Positions 18,816-28,426 of a stretch of DNA of 64,000 nucleotides are shown here, piece by piece. Each line of letters opens with the position of its first letter. Position 1 is the first letter of the stretch. Origin of the DNA: Candidatus Micrarchaeota archaeon. GTDB lineage: Archaea; Micrarchaeota; Micrarchaeia; Micrarchaeales; Micrarchaeaceae. Where the stretch lies: positions 47,061-111,060 of the forward strand of contig JAKATX010000001.1 of assembly GCA_021818545.1 (NCBI GenBank), given 5' to 3'. Below the pieces are notes generated by a model. The model was not told the DNA's origin. It made no database searches and was given only the letters and a program-made list of their open reading frames with translations. The position numbers and the translations under genes are program-made.

Positions 18816-19463
18816 ATGGACGGGCCTGAAATAATAATCGACCAGCGCGAAAGGAACGGGGAGCTGCTCCGCAAATTAGAGGAGCTGGGCGCTACGATCG
18901 CCGTTGCTACGCTGCATGTCGGCGATTACATAATATCCGACAGGGTGTGCGTTGAGAGGAAGACGATATCGGATTTCGAAAGCTCGCTGATAAGCGGCAG
19001 GCTTTTCGAGCAGGCGAAGCGCATGAAGGAGCATTACGCTTCCCCAATACTTATGCTGGAAGGCGACAGGGATGGATTCAGGATGCATGGAAGGGCGATA
19101 ACCGGAGCAATAGTATCTCTTTACATAAACCACGGCATGCAAGTAATAACATCCGAAAGCCCGGAGGAAAGCGCATCCATATTATTCAGCATGGCCGCGC
19201 AGGAGCAGGATAGGGCGGAGCGCATGCCATCGATGAAGGGGGGAGCCAGGGCTTATACTGCCTCACAGTTCCAGGAGTTCATAGTCGGGAACCTGCCAGG
19301 GATAGGACCCAAGCTAGCCAAAGAACTGCTCAAACACTTCGGCACCATAAACAGGATAGCGAATTCCGGAGTGGATGAGCTCGCAGAAGTAAACAAGGTC
19401 GGCAAGAAGAAGGCAAAGCTCATCCACGACACGCTCAACGGACAGTATGATGTAAGTGAATAG
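18816..19463 (+). CDS. ERCC4/XPF-family structure-specific nuclease with HhH2 domain (short form)
   Basis: IIIDQRE, GDY and VERKT.SDF motifs; LPGIGPK and VGKKKA HhH motifs. Confidence 0.92.
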   Translation: MDGPEIIIDQRERNGELLRKLEELGATIAVATLHVGDYIISDRVCVERKTISDFESSLISGRLFEQAKRMKEHYASPILMLEGDRDGFRMHGRAITGAIVSLYINHGMQVITSESPEESASILFSMAAQEQDRAERMPSMKGGARAYTASQFQEFIVGNLPGIGPKLAKELLKHFGTINRIANSGVDELAEVNKVGKKKAKLIHDTLNGQYDVSE

Positions 19464-19475
19464 CTTAGCCGCTTA

Positions 19476-19967
19476 TCAATCTCGAAGCCTGGCGACTGCC
19501 ATCGCCTGCAGCAATGCTTCCGATACGCTGCCGTTTGGCTTCACGCCCAGCCTTGAAACGGCGGATATTTCATGCTTCCTTGTAGCCTTAAACTCGGTAT
19601 CGCTTTTCATGTACTTCTTGATTTCCCTGTAAGCGGATACGTCGTTGGAGAAAAGCACGAACCTTTTTGGGGACTTTGCCCCTACCCTTTCTATCGCCTC
19701 GGTTATCTGCTTTGTCATCGCGGCAAATAGCAGCATCTCCATCGACAGGCTTTTGGACATGTTTCTGCAGCCACTTACTGCCAGGCGCGCGTTTATGTAA
19801 GCGCCGACCAGGTGAGTGCGGTTAGCAATGCTGCCATAATCGAACAATTGTATCGCCACCCTCTTGCTTTGATGCTTTGAGAGTATCCGCACTAATTGGC
19901 TTATGCCCAAGGCTGATGAGCATGATCGTATTATGAGATTCTCTGCACCGATGTCCTCCGCATCCAT
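19476..19967 (-). CDS. cgi121: KEOPS complex subunit Cgi121
   Basis: SKSLSMEMLLFAAMTKQITEAIERVGAK matches the Cgi121 signature. Confidence 0.85.
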   Translation of the reverse strand: MDAEDIGAENLIIRSCSSALGISQLVRILSKHQSKRVAIQLFDYGSIANRTHLVGAYINARLAVSGCRNMSKSLSMEMLLFAAMTKQITEAIERVGAKSPKRFVLFSNDVSAYREIKKYMKSDTEFKATRKHEISAVSRLGVKPNGSVSEALLQAMAVARLRD

Positions 19968-20090
19968 GGTACTGCTTAGTCAGACAATATTATTATTTTG
20001 ATGTGACCGTGAATGCCGTAGGGGTTTACCTACTTGCTTGATTCACACGCACAAAAATAAATATCTGCCATTAAAGAATTATCCGGTTGC

Positions 20091-20417
20091 ATGGTATCTA
20101 TAAGCGACTTCTCCGCCATAGACATCAGGGTAGGGCGGATACTCGAAGTGGACGACATGGAAACCGCAAGGAAGCCGATGTACAAGCTAAAAGTGGACTT
20201 GGGGGAATTGGGCACTAGGACCATAGTTGCAGGGATAAAGGCATTCTACGCCAAGGAACAGCTTTTGGGCAGGAAGATAATAGTCGTGGCTAACCTTGAG
20301 CAGAAAAGCATAGCCGGAGTGATATCCGATGGCATGCTGTTGGCGGCCGGGGACGACCAGCTGATAGCGCTATTGCAGCCGGACAAGGACATGGAGGTAG
20401 GCTCGAAAGTCGGCTGA
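20091..20417 (+). CDS. tRNA-binding OB-fold protein (Trbp111/CsaA/MetRS C-terminal domain family)
   Basis: DIRVGRI, VDLG..GTRTIVAGI and VANL....IAG..S.GMLLAA motifs. Confidence 0.92.
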   Translation: MVSISDFSAIDIRVGRILEVDDMETARKPMYKLKVDLGELGTRTIVAGIKAFYAKEQLLGRKIIVVANLEQKSIAGVISDGMLLAAGDDQLIALLQPDKDMEVGSKVG

Positions 20418-20461
20418 CAGAACGCAACTACGGAAAGCACGCTATGGAAGGAATTGATTTT

Positions 20462-21928
20462 ATGGCAGACGTAAAGAAGTTTTACATCACTACGCCGATT
20501 TATTACGTAACTGACAAGCCGCTGCTCGGAAACTCTTATCCCACAGTAATTGCCGACGTTATTGCACGCTGGCACAGGCTACGCGGAGACGATGTATTCT
20601 TCCTCGTAGGGACGGACGAACACGGGGAGAAGGTGGAGACAGCAGCGAGAACTGCAGGGAAGAATCCGAAGGAGTTCGTAGACGACATAGTGGGCGTTTA
20701 CAAAGACGCGTGGCAGCAGCTCTGCATTTCATATGACTATTTCATAAGGACCAGCGATCCGAACCACGAGGCCATGGTATCCCAATTCATAGAGAAGATA
20801 GCAAAAGGCGGCGACATCTACAAAGGTTTCTATGAGGATTGGTACTGCGTGCCTGACGAAACATTCTGGACCGAACTGCAGCTCAAGGATGGCAAATGCC
20901 CGGAGTGCGGCAGGCCGGTGAAAAAGGTTAAGGAGGAGTGCTACTATTTCAAGCTCAGCAAGTACCAGCAAGCGCTTCTTGAGCTGTATGAGAAGAACCC
21001 CGCGTTCCTATCCCCAAAGCATAGGTCAAAGGAGATAATCAACAGGGTCAAGGCAGGATTGAACGACATAAGCATAACGCGGTCTACCGTGAAATGGGGC
21101 GTGCCGTTCCCGCTCGACAAGAGCCATACCATATATGTTTGGGTGGACGCATTATTCAACTATATAACGGCATTAGGGGGCCCATCTGACGGCAGATTCG
21201 CCAGGTTCTGGCCTGCCGACGTACACCTTGTCGGCAAGGAGATTAACTGGTTCCACTCTGTAATATGGCCTGCGCTGCTCATGTCTGCAGGCATAGAGCT
21301 GCCGCGGATGGTGTTCGCACACGGATGGTGGACCGCTGAAGGCAAGAAGATGAGCAAGAGCATGGGCAACTCAGTGAACCCGATGGATATCGCCAACAAG
21401 TATTCGGTAGACGCGCTGCGATACGTGCTGGTCAGGGAGATGCCGCTGGGCGATGACGGCGACTACTCGGAGAAGTCGCTGATTACCAGACTGAACAATG
21501 AACTAGTTGCAGAACTTGGCAATCTTATAAATAGGACACTGACGATAGCGGAAAAATTCGACGGAAAAATAGAGGGCAAGCCCGAGCTTGACGCTGCGCT
21601 CGACATCGGTGCCATAGATGCGCACATGCAGAAAAATGACACTTTCAATGCGCTAAACGATGTGTTCACATTTATAAGAGCTGCCAACAAATATGTGAAT
21701 GACAAGCAGCCATGGAAACTGAACGGCTCGGAACTTGCAGGAGTGCTTTACAACTTGCTTGAAGCCGCGCGGATAATATCCATACTGATATATCCGTTCA
21801 TGCCGCAGACCGGGGAGTGCATCGCCGTGCAGCTCGGCACTAAAGTAGGGAAACTGGAGGACTGCAAGTTCGGGAATTTCGATGGCAAGGTGGCCAAGGG
21901 CGGCTACCTTTTCAAGAAGGTATTGTAA
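20462..21928 (+). CDS. metG: Methionyl-tRNA synthetase (short, single-knuckle type)
   Basis: FYITTPIYY, GTDEHG, YVWVDAL.NY and KMSKS motifs; HIGH position reads LLGN; alternative start at 20444. Confidence 0.93.
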   Translation: MADVKKFYITTPIYYVTDKPLLGNSYPTVIADVIARWHRLRGDDVFFLVGTDEHGEKVETAARTAGKNPKEFVDDIVGVYKDAWQQLCISYDYFIRTSDPNHEAMVSQFIEKIAKGGDIYKGFYEDWYCVPDETFWTELQLKDGKCPECGRPVKKVKEECYYFKLSKYQQALLELYEKNPAFLSPKHRSKEIINRVKAGLNDISITRSTVKWGVPFPLDKSHTIYVWVDALFNYITALGGPSDGRFARFWPADVHLVGKEINWFHSVIWPALLMSAGIELPRMVFAHGWWTAEGKKMSKSMGNSVNPMDIANKYSVDALRYVLVREMPLGDDGDYSEKSLITRLNNELVAELGNLINRTLTIAEKFDGKIEGKPELDAALDIGAIDAHMQKNDTFNALNDVFTFIRAANKYVNDKQPWKLNGSELAGVLYNLLEAARIISILIYPFMPQTGECIAVQLGTKVGKLEDCKFGNFDGKVAKGGYLFKKVL

Positions 21929-22033
21929 TACCTTGCAGAACATAGGACATTTATGCATTTTCAAGTCAAATAAGGAATATTGCGGGATACGCATTTGCGT
22001 TAACTAACTTATATATCAAATCAAGTGAAGCCG

Positions 22034-24103
22034 ATGACAGACGCTATTACCGAAGGCATGAAGATAAAATTCCAGGACTTCTTCGAGCGCTATTACAGGG
22101 ATGGAATAAACGACATGATAGTCGGACTGCCGGCAAAAAGGAGCTTGATGATAAACGTCAAGGACCTCGAGATGTTCGATCCGGATCTGGCCAGCGAACT
22201 TATAGGCAAGCCGGACGTAGTGCTGGAAGCGGCCGACCAGGCGCTAAAGGCAAAATGTGAAGGCGTAGAGGTAGGAGATGCGGAGACGCACGCGCGCTTC
22301 TTCAGCCAGAGCGTAAACGCGCCGCTGGTGCAGGATGTAGGCGCCATGTACATAGGCAAGCTCATAATGCTCGACAGCCTCGTGGTGAAGAGATCCGAGA
22401 TAATACCGCGCGTGCACGTGGGCGCTTACAAATGCTCGCTATGCGATGCAGTCTACAGATTCAGGGTCAACAAGGAGGAGGTGCCGGATGTATGCCCCCA
22501 ATGCAAAAGGAAGTCGCTAAAGGACATGCCTGAAGACTCCAAGTTCATAAACCTGCAGAAGCTCGCAGTGCAGGACCCGCTGGAAAAGCTTAGGGGAAAT
22601 TCTCCGACATGGCAGCTCGAGGTATGGATTGAGGACGACCTGGTCAATAGCGTGATACCTGGCGACAGGGTAGACCTGACCGGCATACTGAGGATACGGG
22701 AAAGACGCAATGCGAAGGGGAAACAGGACAGGGATTTTTACACGATGTTCCTAGACACAGTTTCCATAATGCACAAGCAGAGGGAGTTCTCCGACCTTTC
22801 GATATCCGAGGAGGAGGAGAGGCAGATTAGGGAATTCGCAAAGGATCCGCAGATATTTGATAAGATAACGCGATCCATCGCGCCATCAATATACGGTTAT
22901 GACGAGATAAAGCAGTCAGTCGCGCTTCAGTTATTCGGCGGCACACCCGGCAAGACCCTGGTAGACGGGGGGCCGATAAGAAGCGACATGCACATATTGT
23001 TGATAGGGGACCCTGGAAGCGCTAAGACCAGGGTACTGCAGTCGGTTGCGAGGCTGGTGCCAAAGGGCATATACGTAAGCGGCAAATCAGTTACCGGAGG
23101 AGGCATGACAGCTGTTGCCGAAAGAGACGAGTTCTCGGAAGGTGGATGGACGCTTAAGGCCGGGGCCTTGGTTTTGGGGTCTGGCGGAATCGTATGCATC
23201 GACGAGTTCGATAAGATAGGGGATGAGGATAGGGCATCGCTCCACGAGGCGCTGGAATCGCAGACGATTAGCGTTGCAAAGGCTGGCATAGTGGCCACGT
23301 TCAACGCCAAGGCGGCAGTGCTTGCTGCTGCAAACCCGAAGTATGGCAGGTTCGACCCTAACATGTATCCCTCGGAGCAGTTTGACATACCGCCCACGCT
23401 GCTGTCAAGATTTGACCTGATATTCCCGATAAAAGACCAGATGGACGAAGAGCAGGACAAGAACATAGCGAAGCACATACTCATACAGCACGAGGCCGCA
23501 GGTGCAGTCATAGCCGAGATAGAGAACTATAAGCAGGTGGAGCTGCCGCCCATAGATGAGCTGCTGCTGCGGAAGTACATTGCATTCGCAAAGAGAAGCG
23601 TAATGCCCCGCCTGGGGCCGGATGCTGCGAACAAGATTCAGACGTATTACGTGGAACTTAGGAAGGCCGGGCTAAAGCAGGGTGCCGTGCCCATAACGCC
23701 CAGGCAGATAGAAGGGCTCGTCAGGATGGCGGAGGCAAGCGCCAAGACCAGGCTTTCTCCCACAGTTGAGCTGCAGGACGCGGAAAGGGCCATATGGCTG
23801 AGCGAGTTCATGCTGAAAACTCTTGCGGTAGACAGGGGCGGAAGGAAGGACATAGATATAATATTGACAGGAATGCCCAGAGAGAAGGTGGATAAGATAA
23901 ATACAGTGCTTTCAATAATAAGGAACCTGCAAGAGAAGGAAGGCAGCGCCAGGATGCAGAGCATAAGGGAAGAGGGGGAGAAAGCCGGACTCGACCTGGG
24001 CACCATAGATAAGCTAATATCCGAGCTTGAGAAGAGCGGCGACATCTACACGCCGAGGCCCGGATTCATCATGATACCGAAGGACAGGGGAGAGAGGGAG
24101 TGA
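22034..24103 (+). CDS. mcm: MCM replicative helicase
   Basis: C4 zinc finger, GDPGSAKT, CIDEFDK, AAANP and LSRFD motifs, C-terminal winged helix; no intein seen. Confidence 0.97.
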   Translation: MTDAITEGMKIKFQDFFERYYRDGINDMIVGLPAKRSLMINVKDLEMFDPDLASELIGKPDVVLEAADQALKAKCEGVEVGDAETHARFFSQSVNAPLVQDVGAMYIGKLIMLDSLVVKRSEIIPRVHVGAYKCSLCDAVYRFRVNKEEVPDVCPQCKRKSLKDMPEDSKFINLQKLAVQDPLEKLRGNSPTWQLEVWIEDDLVNSVIPGDRVDLTGILRIRERRNAKGKQDRDFYTMFLDTVSIMHKQREFSDLSISEEEERQIREFAKDPQIFDKITRSIAPSIYGYDEIKQSVALQLFGGTPGKTLVDGGPIRSDMHILLIGDPGSAKTRVLQSVARLVPKGIYVSGKSVTGGGMTAVAERDEFSEGGWTLKAGALVLGSGGIVCIDEFDKIGDEDRASLHEALESQTISVAKAGIVATFNAKAAVLAAANPKYGRFDPNMYPSEQFDIPPTLLSRFDLIFPIKDQMDEEQDKNIAKHILIQHEAAGAVIAEIENYKQVELPPIDELLLRKYIAFAKRSVMPRLGPDAANKIQTYYVELRKAGLKQGAVPITPRQIEGLVRMAEASAKTRLSPTVELQDAERAIWLSEFMLKTLAVDRGGRKDIDIILTGMPREKVDKINTVLSIIRNLQEKEGSARMQSIREEGEKAGLDLGTIDKLISELEKSGDIYTPRPGFIMIPKDRGERE

Positions 24104-24113
24104 GGGTGTTTTT

Positions 24114-25100
24114 GTGGCGCTTAGGGTCATAGAGTATAGGCAGATGTCGCAGATACTTGTAATGTTCATGATAGTCCAGTTCTTCGGGCTGCTTCTTGCC
24201 ACGCAGTGGTACTACGGGCTGCCTGCATCATACCTTTCGAATACGCAGGTGGTATCCGGAGCCGCAAGCACACTGCTGTACATAGCTTACATAGTGGGCT
24301 TCAGCATCCTCATAGTAATAGTTATGCGGTTCTATAAGGGCCAAATGCTCTTCAGGCTGCTGGAGGCACTGGTTATTTTCATATCCACTTTCTTCGTTTT
24401 CCTGATAATAGCGGGAACGCTGAACAGTTCTGCATACGTCAGCCTTGCCGGCTCGCCCCTGACCATAGACTTCATAGCGGCGGTGGCGGCGGCGCTGCTT
24501 CTGGTCTTGTTCAAGAACAAGTGGCCGCGGCTGAGAAACACCACTGCCATCATAGCAAGCGTAGGCGTCGGCGTTGTGCTTGGGATAAGCTTCCCGTTCT
24601 ACTTCGCGTACCTTTTCATGGTGGTGCTAGCGGTCTACGATTTCATAGCCGTGTTCGTGACAAAGCACATGATAACCATGGCGAAAGCTATGTCATCGAT
24701 GAACCTCTCTTTCCTCATCGGCGTCAATGAGGTCGAGGCTGTGCCAGAAAAGGCACTGAGCAAAAAGGAGGTTAGGGGATATAGGAAGGAACTGGCGGAA
24801 GCCAGCAGGAAGAATCCGACAATAAGGGAGATAGTCAATAGCAAACTGGTACCGTTCTCCGCACATATAGAATTAGGGACGGGGGATCTTGGGGTGCCGC
24901 TCATGCTCGCGGTTGCCGCGTATGGGGTCAATCTTAACTTCACGCTCAGCCTTTTCGTTACAGTAGGCGCCATAGGTGGGCTGATAACAACCATGTACAT
25001 ACTTAGGAAATACAAGAGGGCGCTGCCGGCCATCCCGCCGCTGCTGGGAGGGATAACCGTCGCCATGCTCGTGTACCTCTTGATTTACGGCGCCTTGTGA
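24114..25100 (+). CDS. Presenilin-like intramembrane aspartyl protease (A22)
   Basis: Polytopic; YD (AVYDF), GxGD (LGTGDL) and PAI motifs. Confidence 0.92.
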   Translation: MALRVIEYRQMSQILVMFMIVQFFGLLLATQWYYGLPASYLSNTQVVSGAASTLLYIAYIVGFSILIVIVMRFYKGQMLFRLLEALVIFISTFFVFLIIAGTLNSSAYVSLAGSPLTIDFIAAVAAALLLVLFKNKWPRLRNTTAIIASVGVGVVLGISFPFYFAYLFMVVLAVYDFIAVFVTKHMITMAKAMSSMNLSFLIGVNEVEAVPEKALSKKEVRGYRKELAEASRKNPTIREIVNSKLVPFSAHIELGTGDLGVPLMLAVAAYGVNLNFTLSLFVTVGAIGGLITTMYILRKYKRALPAIPPLLGGITVAMLVYLLIYGAL

Positions 25101-25231
25101 CATACTGCGAGGCAGCACGCATACGCTGCCGAATAGTATAAAAAGTTCTAAATACTTTTAATGCTGCAAGTAGTTCCGAGTGCGTGAAAAGCAGTGGATC
25201 CTTACTGAGGATCCGGCATTGGGGGTTATAA

Positions 25232-27103
25232 GTGAAAATTTCTGGTTATCTTGCATTGGCGGTCTTGCTTCTTGCAGCAGCGCAGCTCACAGACGCAGGC
25301 GTTGTTGGCACCGCCAGCATACATGCGCCTGCAGTCATATTGGGCAACAACACAGGAAGCCTGACCATAATAAACCTTACGGTGACGGACGGAAATGGCA
25401 ATGTTACCATAGTGGGACCAGCATCCGTGGCGCCTTCTACGCTGCAGTCAGCCCAAGTCGCGGTTTATTATGCGGCGAAGTACCTTAACATAAACCAGTA
25501 CAACTACAACTTCACATACGACATACATGATGATTATTCAAACGTATCCGGACCGAGCGCAGGAGCTGCAATGACTCTGCTGGCCATTTCTGCCCTTACC
25601 AATAAGCCTTTGATGCAGGACTTCACCATAACAGGTACCATAAGCCCGAATGGGTCCATAGGCGAGATAGGAGGCGTGTATGACAAGATAGGCGCCGCAT
25701 CCGCAATGGGAATGAAGTACGCGCTGGTGCCTGCGGTGCCTTATGGGAGCGGAGAGGACGTTTTATACCTTCTGGTGCAGAGCACTTTCGGCGTGCCGCT
25801 CGTGCAAGTAAGCAATATAAGCCAGGCGCTGCCGTATGGCTATGGGACTTACAAGAACCTAAGCAAAGTCGCATACAATTTCTACACCAATTACAATGTA
25901 GGCGGGCTGCAGCAGTCTGGTGCTCTCTGCAGCAATGGGTGCAATTCCAGCGCATTCTCCGTTCTCAGCAACTTCACGATAAATTTCACTAAGAACGAGG
26001 TAGAGACGCTATCCCCGTACCCTGCCTTCAACGATACCGCATCGCAACTTATGCGCTCGCTCAACCAAAGCGAGCAGTTGAATGCATTGGGCTACAATTA
26101 CCTTGCGGCTGACCTTGCCTTCATTGACTACCAGACGGCATTCTACTTCGGCAACCATCTTGTCACAAGGGCCGGCGGATTCAGCACTCTGGAAGGAATA
26201 AGCAGGTTCTGCAATACCTTCATACCGCCGCAGCTGACATCGAGCAATTATGAATACGTGTTAGGAGGGGAGCTCAGGCAGGCATGGGGCAATTATACTA
26301 TAACGAGCTCGATAAACAGCTACAACCAGACCGGATTCGACAGCGATCAAGTGCTTGCAGAGATGGCGCAGGGCGCAAATGGTAACGGATGGTGCAACGC
26401 TGCGCATGAGATGTACACAATCGCCAGTGGCATTGGCGGACCGAATGTCGCGGTGTCACAATCATTGAACTCCGTAGCGCTGAACAGGGTGGACAGGGCT
26501 TTGGCTTACGGGCCGGGGTTATACCTCGACACTGCGGAATCGGCGTATAAACAGGGCAACTACCCGCTTGCCATCCTGGATGCAGATTACGCTTATGCGC
26601 TTTCATACTCCCCGAATGTTACTGCGGAGCAGAAGTACAACATGACTTTGGCCATGGACTCGAATGCGACATACGGCGTCTGGGCATCGCAATTCGCCGG
26701 TGAATCGAAATTTTACATTTACGAGGCCAAGATTGCCAACAACGAGAGCAATGCCAGCCTTTACCTGGACCAGGCGTATTCTACCGCATTGCTGGCGAGC
26801 CAAATGAGCAATGATATGCAGGTGATATATGACAACCTGCAGCCAACTGGCCAGAATACGCAACCCGGCAAGATGAACAGCACAGCGTACAGCGTGCCAA
26901 GCATAGTTGATCTTACGCAGGTCCAGAACGACTTGACCCAATTGGACAAGCTGATGACAGCATTATTTATAGTTATTGCAGGCATATTCATTGTCAATGC
27001 CGCCATATGGATAATCCTGATAAAGGAGCGCCATGAGAGGAGGGCGTCTCGCGAGGCCGACAAGAACGTGCCTGCGCGTATGCGGCAAAAAGTTTCTAGG
27101 TGA
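25232..27103 (+). CDS. Secreted, membrane-anchored S16 (Lon-protease-domain) serine protease without AAA module
   Basis: Signal peptide; GPSAG catalytic Ser; TGTI...G.IG.IGGV.DK catalytic Lys; C-terminal TM helix. Confidence 0.88.
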   Translation: MKISGYLALAVLLLAAAQLTDAGVVGTASIHAPAVILGNNTGSLTIINLTVTDGNGNVTIVGPASVAPSTLQSAQVAVYYAAKYLNINQYNYNFTYDIHDDYSNVSGPSAGAAMTLLAISALTNKPLMQDFTITGTISPNGSIGEIGGVYDKIGAASAMGMKYALVPAVPYGSGEDVLYLLVQSTFGVPLVQVSNISQALPYGYGTYKNLSKVAYNFYTNYNVGGLQQSGALCSNGCNSSAFSVLSNFTINFTKNEVETLSPYPAFNDTASQLMRSLNQSEQLNALGYNYLAADLAFIDYQTAFYFGNHLVTRAGGFSTLEGISRFCNTFIPPQLTSSNYEYVLGGELRQAWGNYTITSSINSYNQTGFDSDQVLAEMAQGANGNGWCNAAHEMYTIASGIGGPNVAVSQSLNSVALNRVDRALAYGPGLYLDTAESAYKQGNYPLAILDADYAYALSYSPNVTAEQKYNMTLAMDSNATYGVWASQFAGESKFYIYEAKIANNESNASLYLDQAYSTALLASQMSNDMQVIYDNLQPTGQNTQPGKMNSTAYSVPSIVDLTQVQNDLTQLDKLMTALFIVIAGIFIVNAAIWIILIKERHERRASREADKNVPARMRQKVSR

Positions 27104-27119
27104 GTTAATAACCGATGTA

Positions 27120-27278
27120 TTGCCAGGTAAAGTATGCGTGTCTTGCGGTCATCTGAGCAGCGAGTATACAGAATTCTCATGCCCGAAATGCGGCAAGAGC
27201 GGAGTTATAAGATGCTACCACTGCAGGGAGATATCAAACACGTACAGATGTTCTGATTGCGGTTTCGAGGGACCATGA
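27120..27278 (+). CDS. Small zinc-ribbon protein (HVO_2753/DUF1610-like)
   Basis: Four CxxC motifs ending CSDCGFEGP, directly before EF-1beta as is usual in archaea; TTG start inferred. Confidence 0.88.
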   Translation: MPGKVCVSCGHLSSEYTEFSCPKCGKSGVIRCYHCREISNTYRCSDCGFEGP

Positions 27279-27529
27279 TGGCGAAGGCTACTATATTGTT
27301 TAAGGTGTATCCAACGGACCCGGAAAAGGTCCAACAGACCATGGATAGCATAAAGGCGGCGATGAATCCGGCTGCAATGCAGGCGCAGGAGGTAGCTTTT
27401 GGGATAAAACTCGTAAAAGTGCTTTTCATCTACGAATCGGATAAGGCCGGTTCCTCCCAGCTTGAGGATCGGCTGAAAAAGGTCCAGGGCGTTAGTGAGG
27501 TAGAGGTAGAGGAAGAAACGCTCATGTGA
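27275..27529 (+). CDS. ef1b: Translation elongation factor 1-beta
   Basis: KVYP...EVAFGIK...GVSEVEV pattern, size and gene context. Confidence 0.9.
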   Translation: MMAKATILFKVYPTDPEKVQQTMDSIKAAMNPAAMQAQEVAFGIKLVKVLFIYESDKAGSSQLEDRLKKVQGVSEVEVEEETLM

Positions 27530-27635
27530 GCCATAACCCCTATTTCTTTCTTGGAATCCTGAATAGGCAATGCTAAATCTAATTCTAAAAACTGGTTCCA
27601 GAAAGTAATATAAAAATCACCGGCGATTTGATTAT

Positions 27636-28211
27636 ATGGATGCAAAAGAAAGCCGCAACTTGGGCAAGGTACTGAACTTCGAGCTTGGCAAGAAACGTTT
27701 TGTCAAGGTAAGCTTCAAGGAGATGAAGAAGTACTCCGAGGACCTGGCCACCGAGATACTTAAGCGCTACGGCCCACCAGATGTCATAGTATACGCGCAG
27801 AGGGGAGGCATGCTGATAGCTAGGCTGCTGAGCGACGCCCTTAACGTGCGCAACCTAGTCTGCATCAGCGCCATGTATTACTCCAAATCCAACACGAGAT
27901 ACGCCAGCGTAAAGACAGGGGGCGTACCGAAGATAGATGCCAAGTCGTATATACTCGTCGTAGATGATATAGCGGATACCGGCAAGACCCTAAAGACGCT
28001 ATGCAGTGGGATACGCTCAAAGTCAAGATCCAAGGTTATAACGTGCACTTTCGGGATGAAGCCTCAGTCTGTGATCAAGCCCGACTTATGCGATTTTCGC
28101 GTTAGCAACGATACGTGGGTAATATTTGAGTACGAAGAGTTTGAGACCACAAGAAACTTCTCACAGACCGGAAACGAAGCAGGGCTTAGGTTCATAAAGC
28201 AGAACTTTTAG
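27636..28211 (+). CDS. Type I phosphoribosyltransferase (purine PRTase-like)
   Basis: RGG motif, PRPP-binding VVDDIADTGKT, KP...PD...WVIF. Confidence 0.88.
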   Translation: MDAKESRNLGKVLNFELGKKRFVKVSFKEMKKYSEDLATEILKRYGPPDVIVYAQRGGMLIARLLSDALNVRNLVCISAMYYSKSNTRYASVKTGGVPKIDAKSYILVVDDIADTGKTLKTLCSGIRSKSRSKVITCTFGMKPQSVIKPDLCDFRVSNDTWVIFEYEEFETTRNFSQTGNEAGLRFIKQNF

Positions 28212-28426
28212 CTGCAATGCGTGACACAACTTTCAACCTCTTCCTTATGCTGTCCCAGTGGGTTCCCTCCCAATACTGCTTCTTGCAGTGATTGCAATAA
28301 CTGAAGGAGCGGTGCCTGGATGCTATTCCATTCTCTACGCCATGCCTGAGCGCGAAGGCAGGCTTCACTGTCATTAGTTTAGCGCAACATTTAGTACAAA
28401 ATACATGTGCAGGTTCGGTATGCACC

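Noticed and set aside
22034..24103. Inteins in MCM or PolD DP2
   Set aside because: Lengths are normal and the motifs are contiguous
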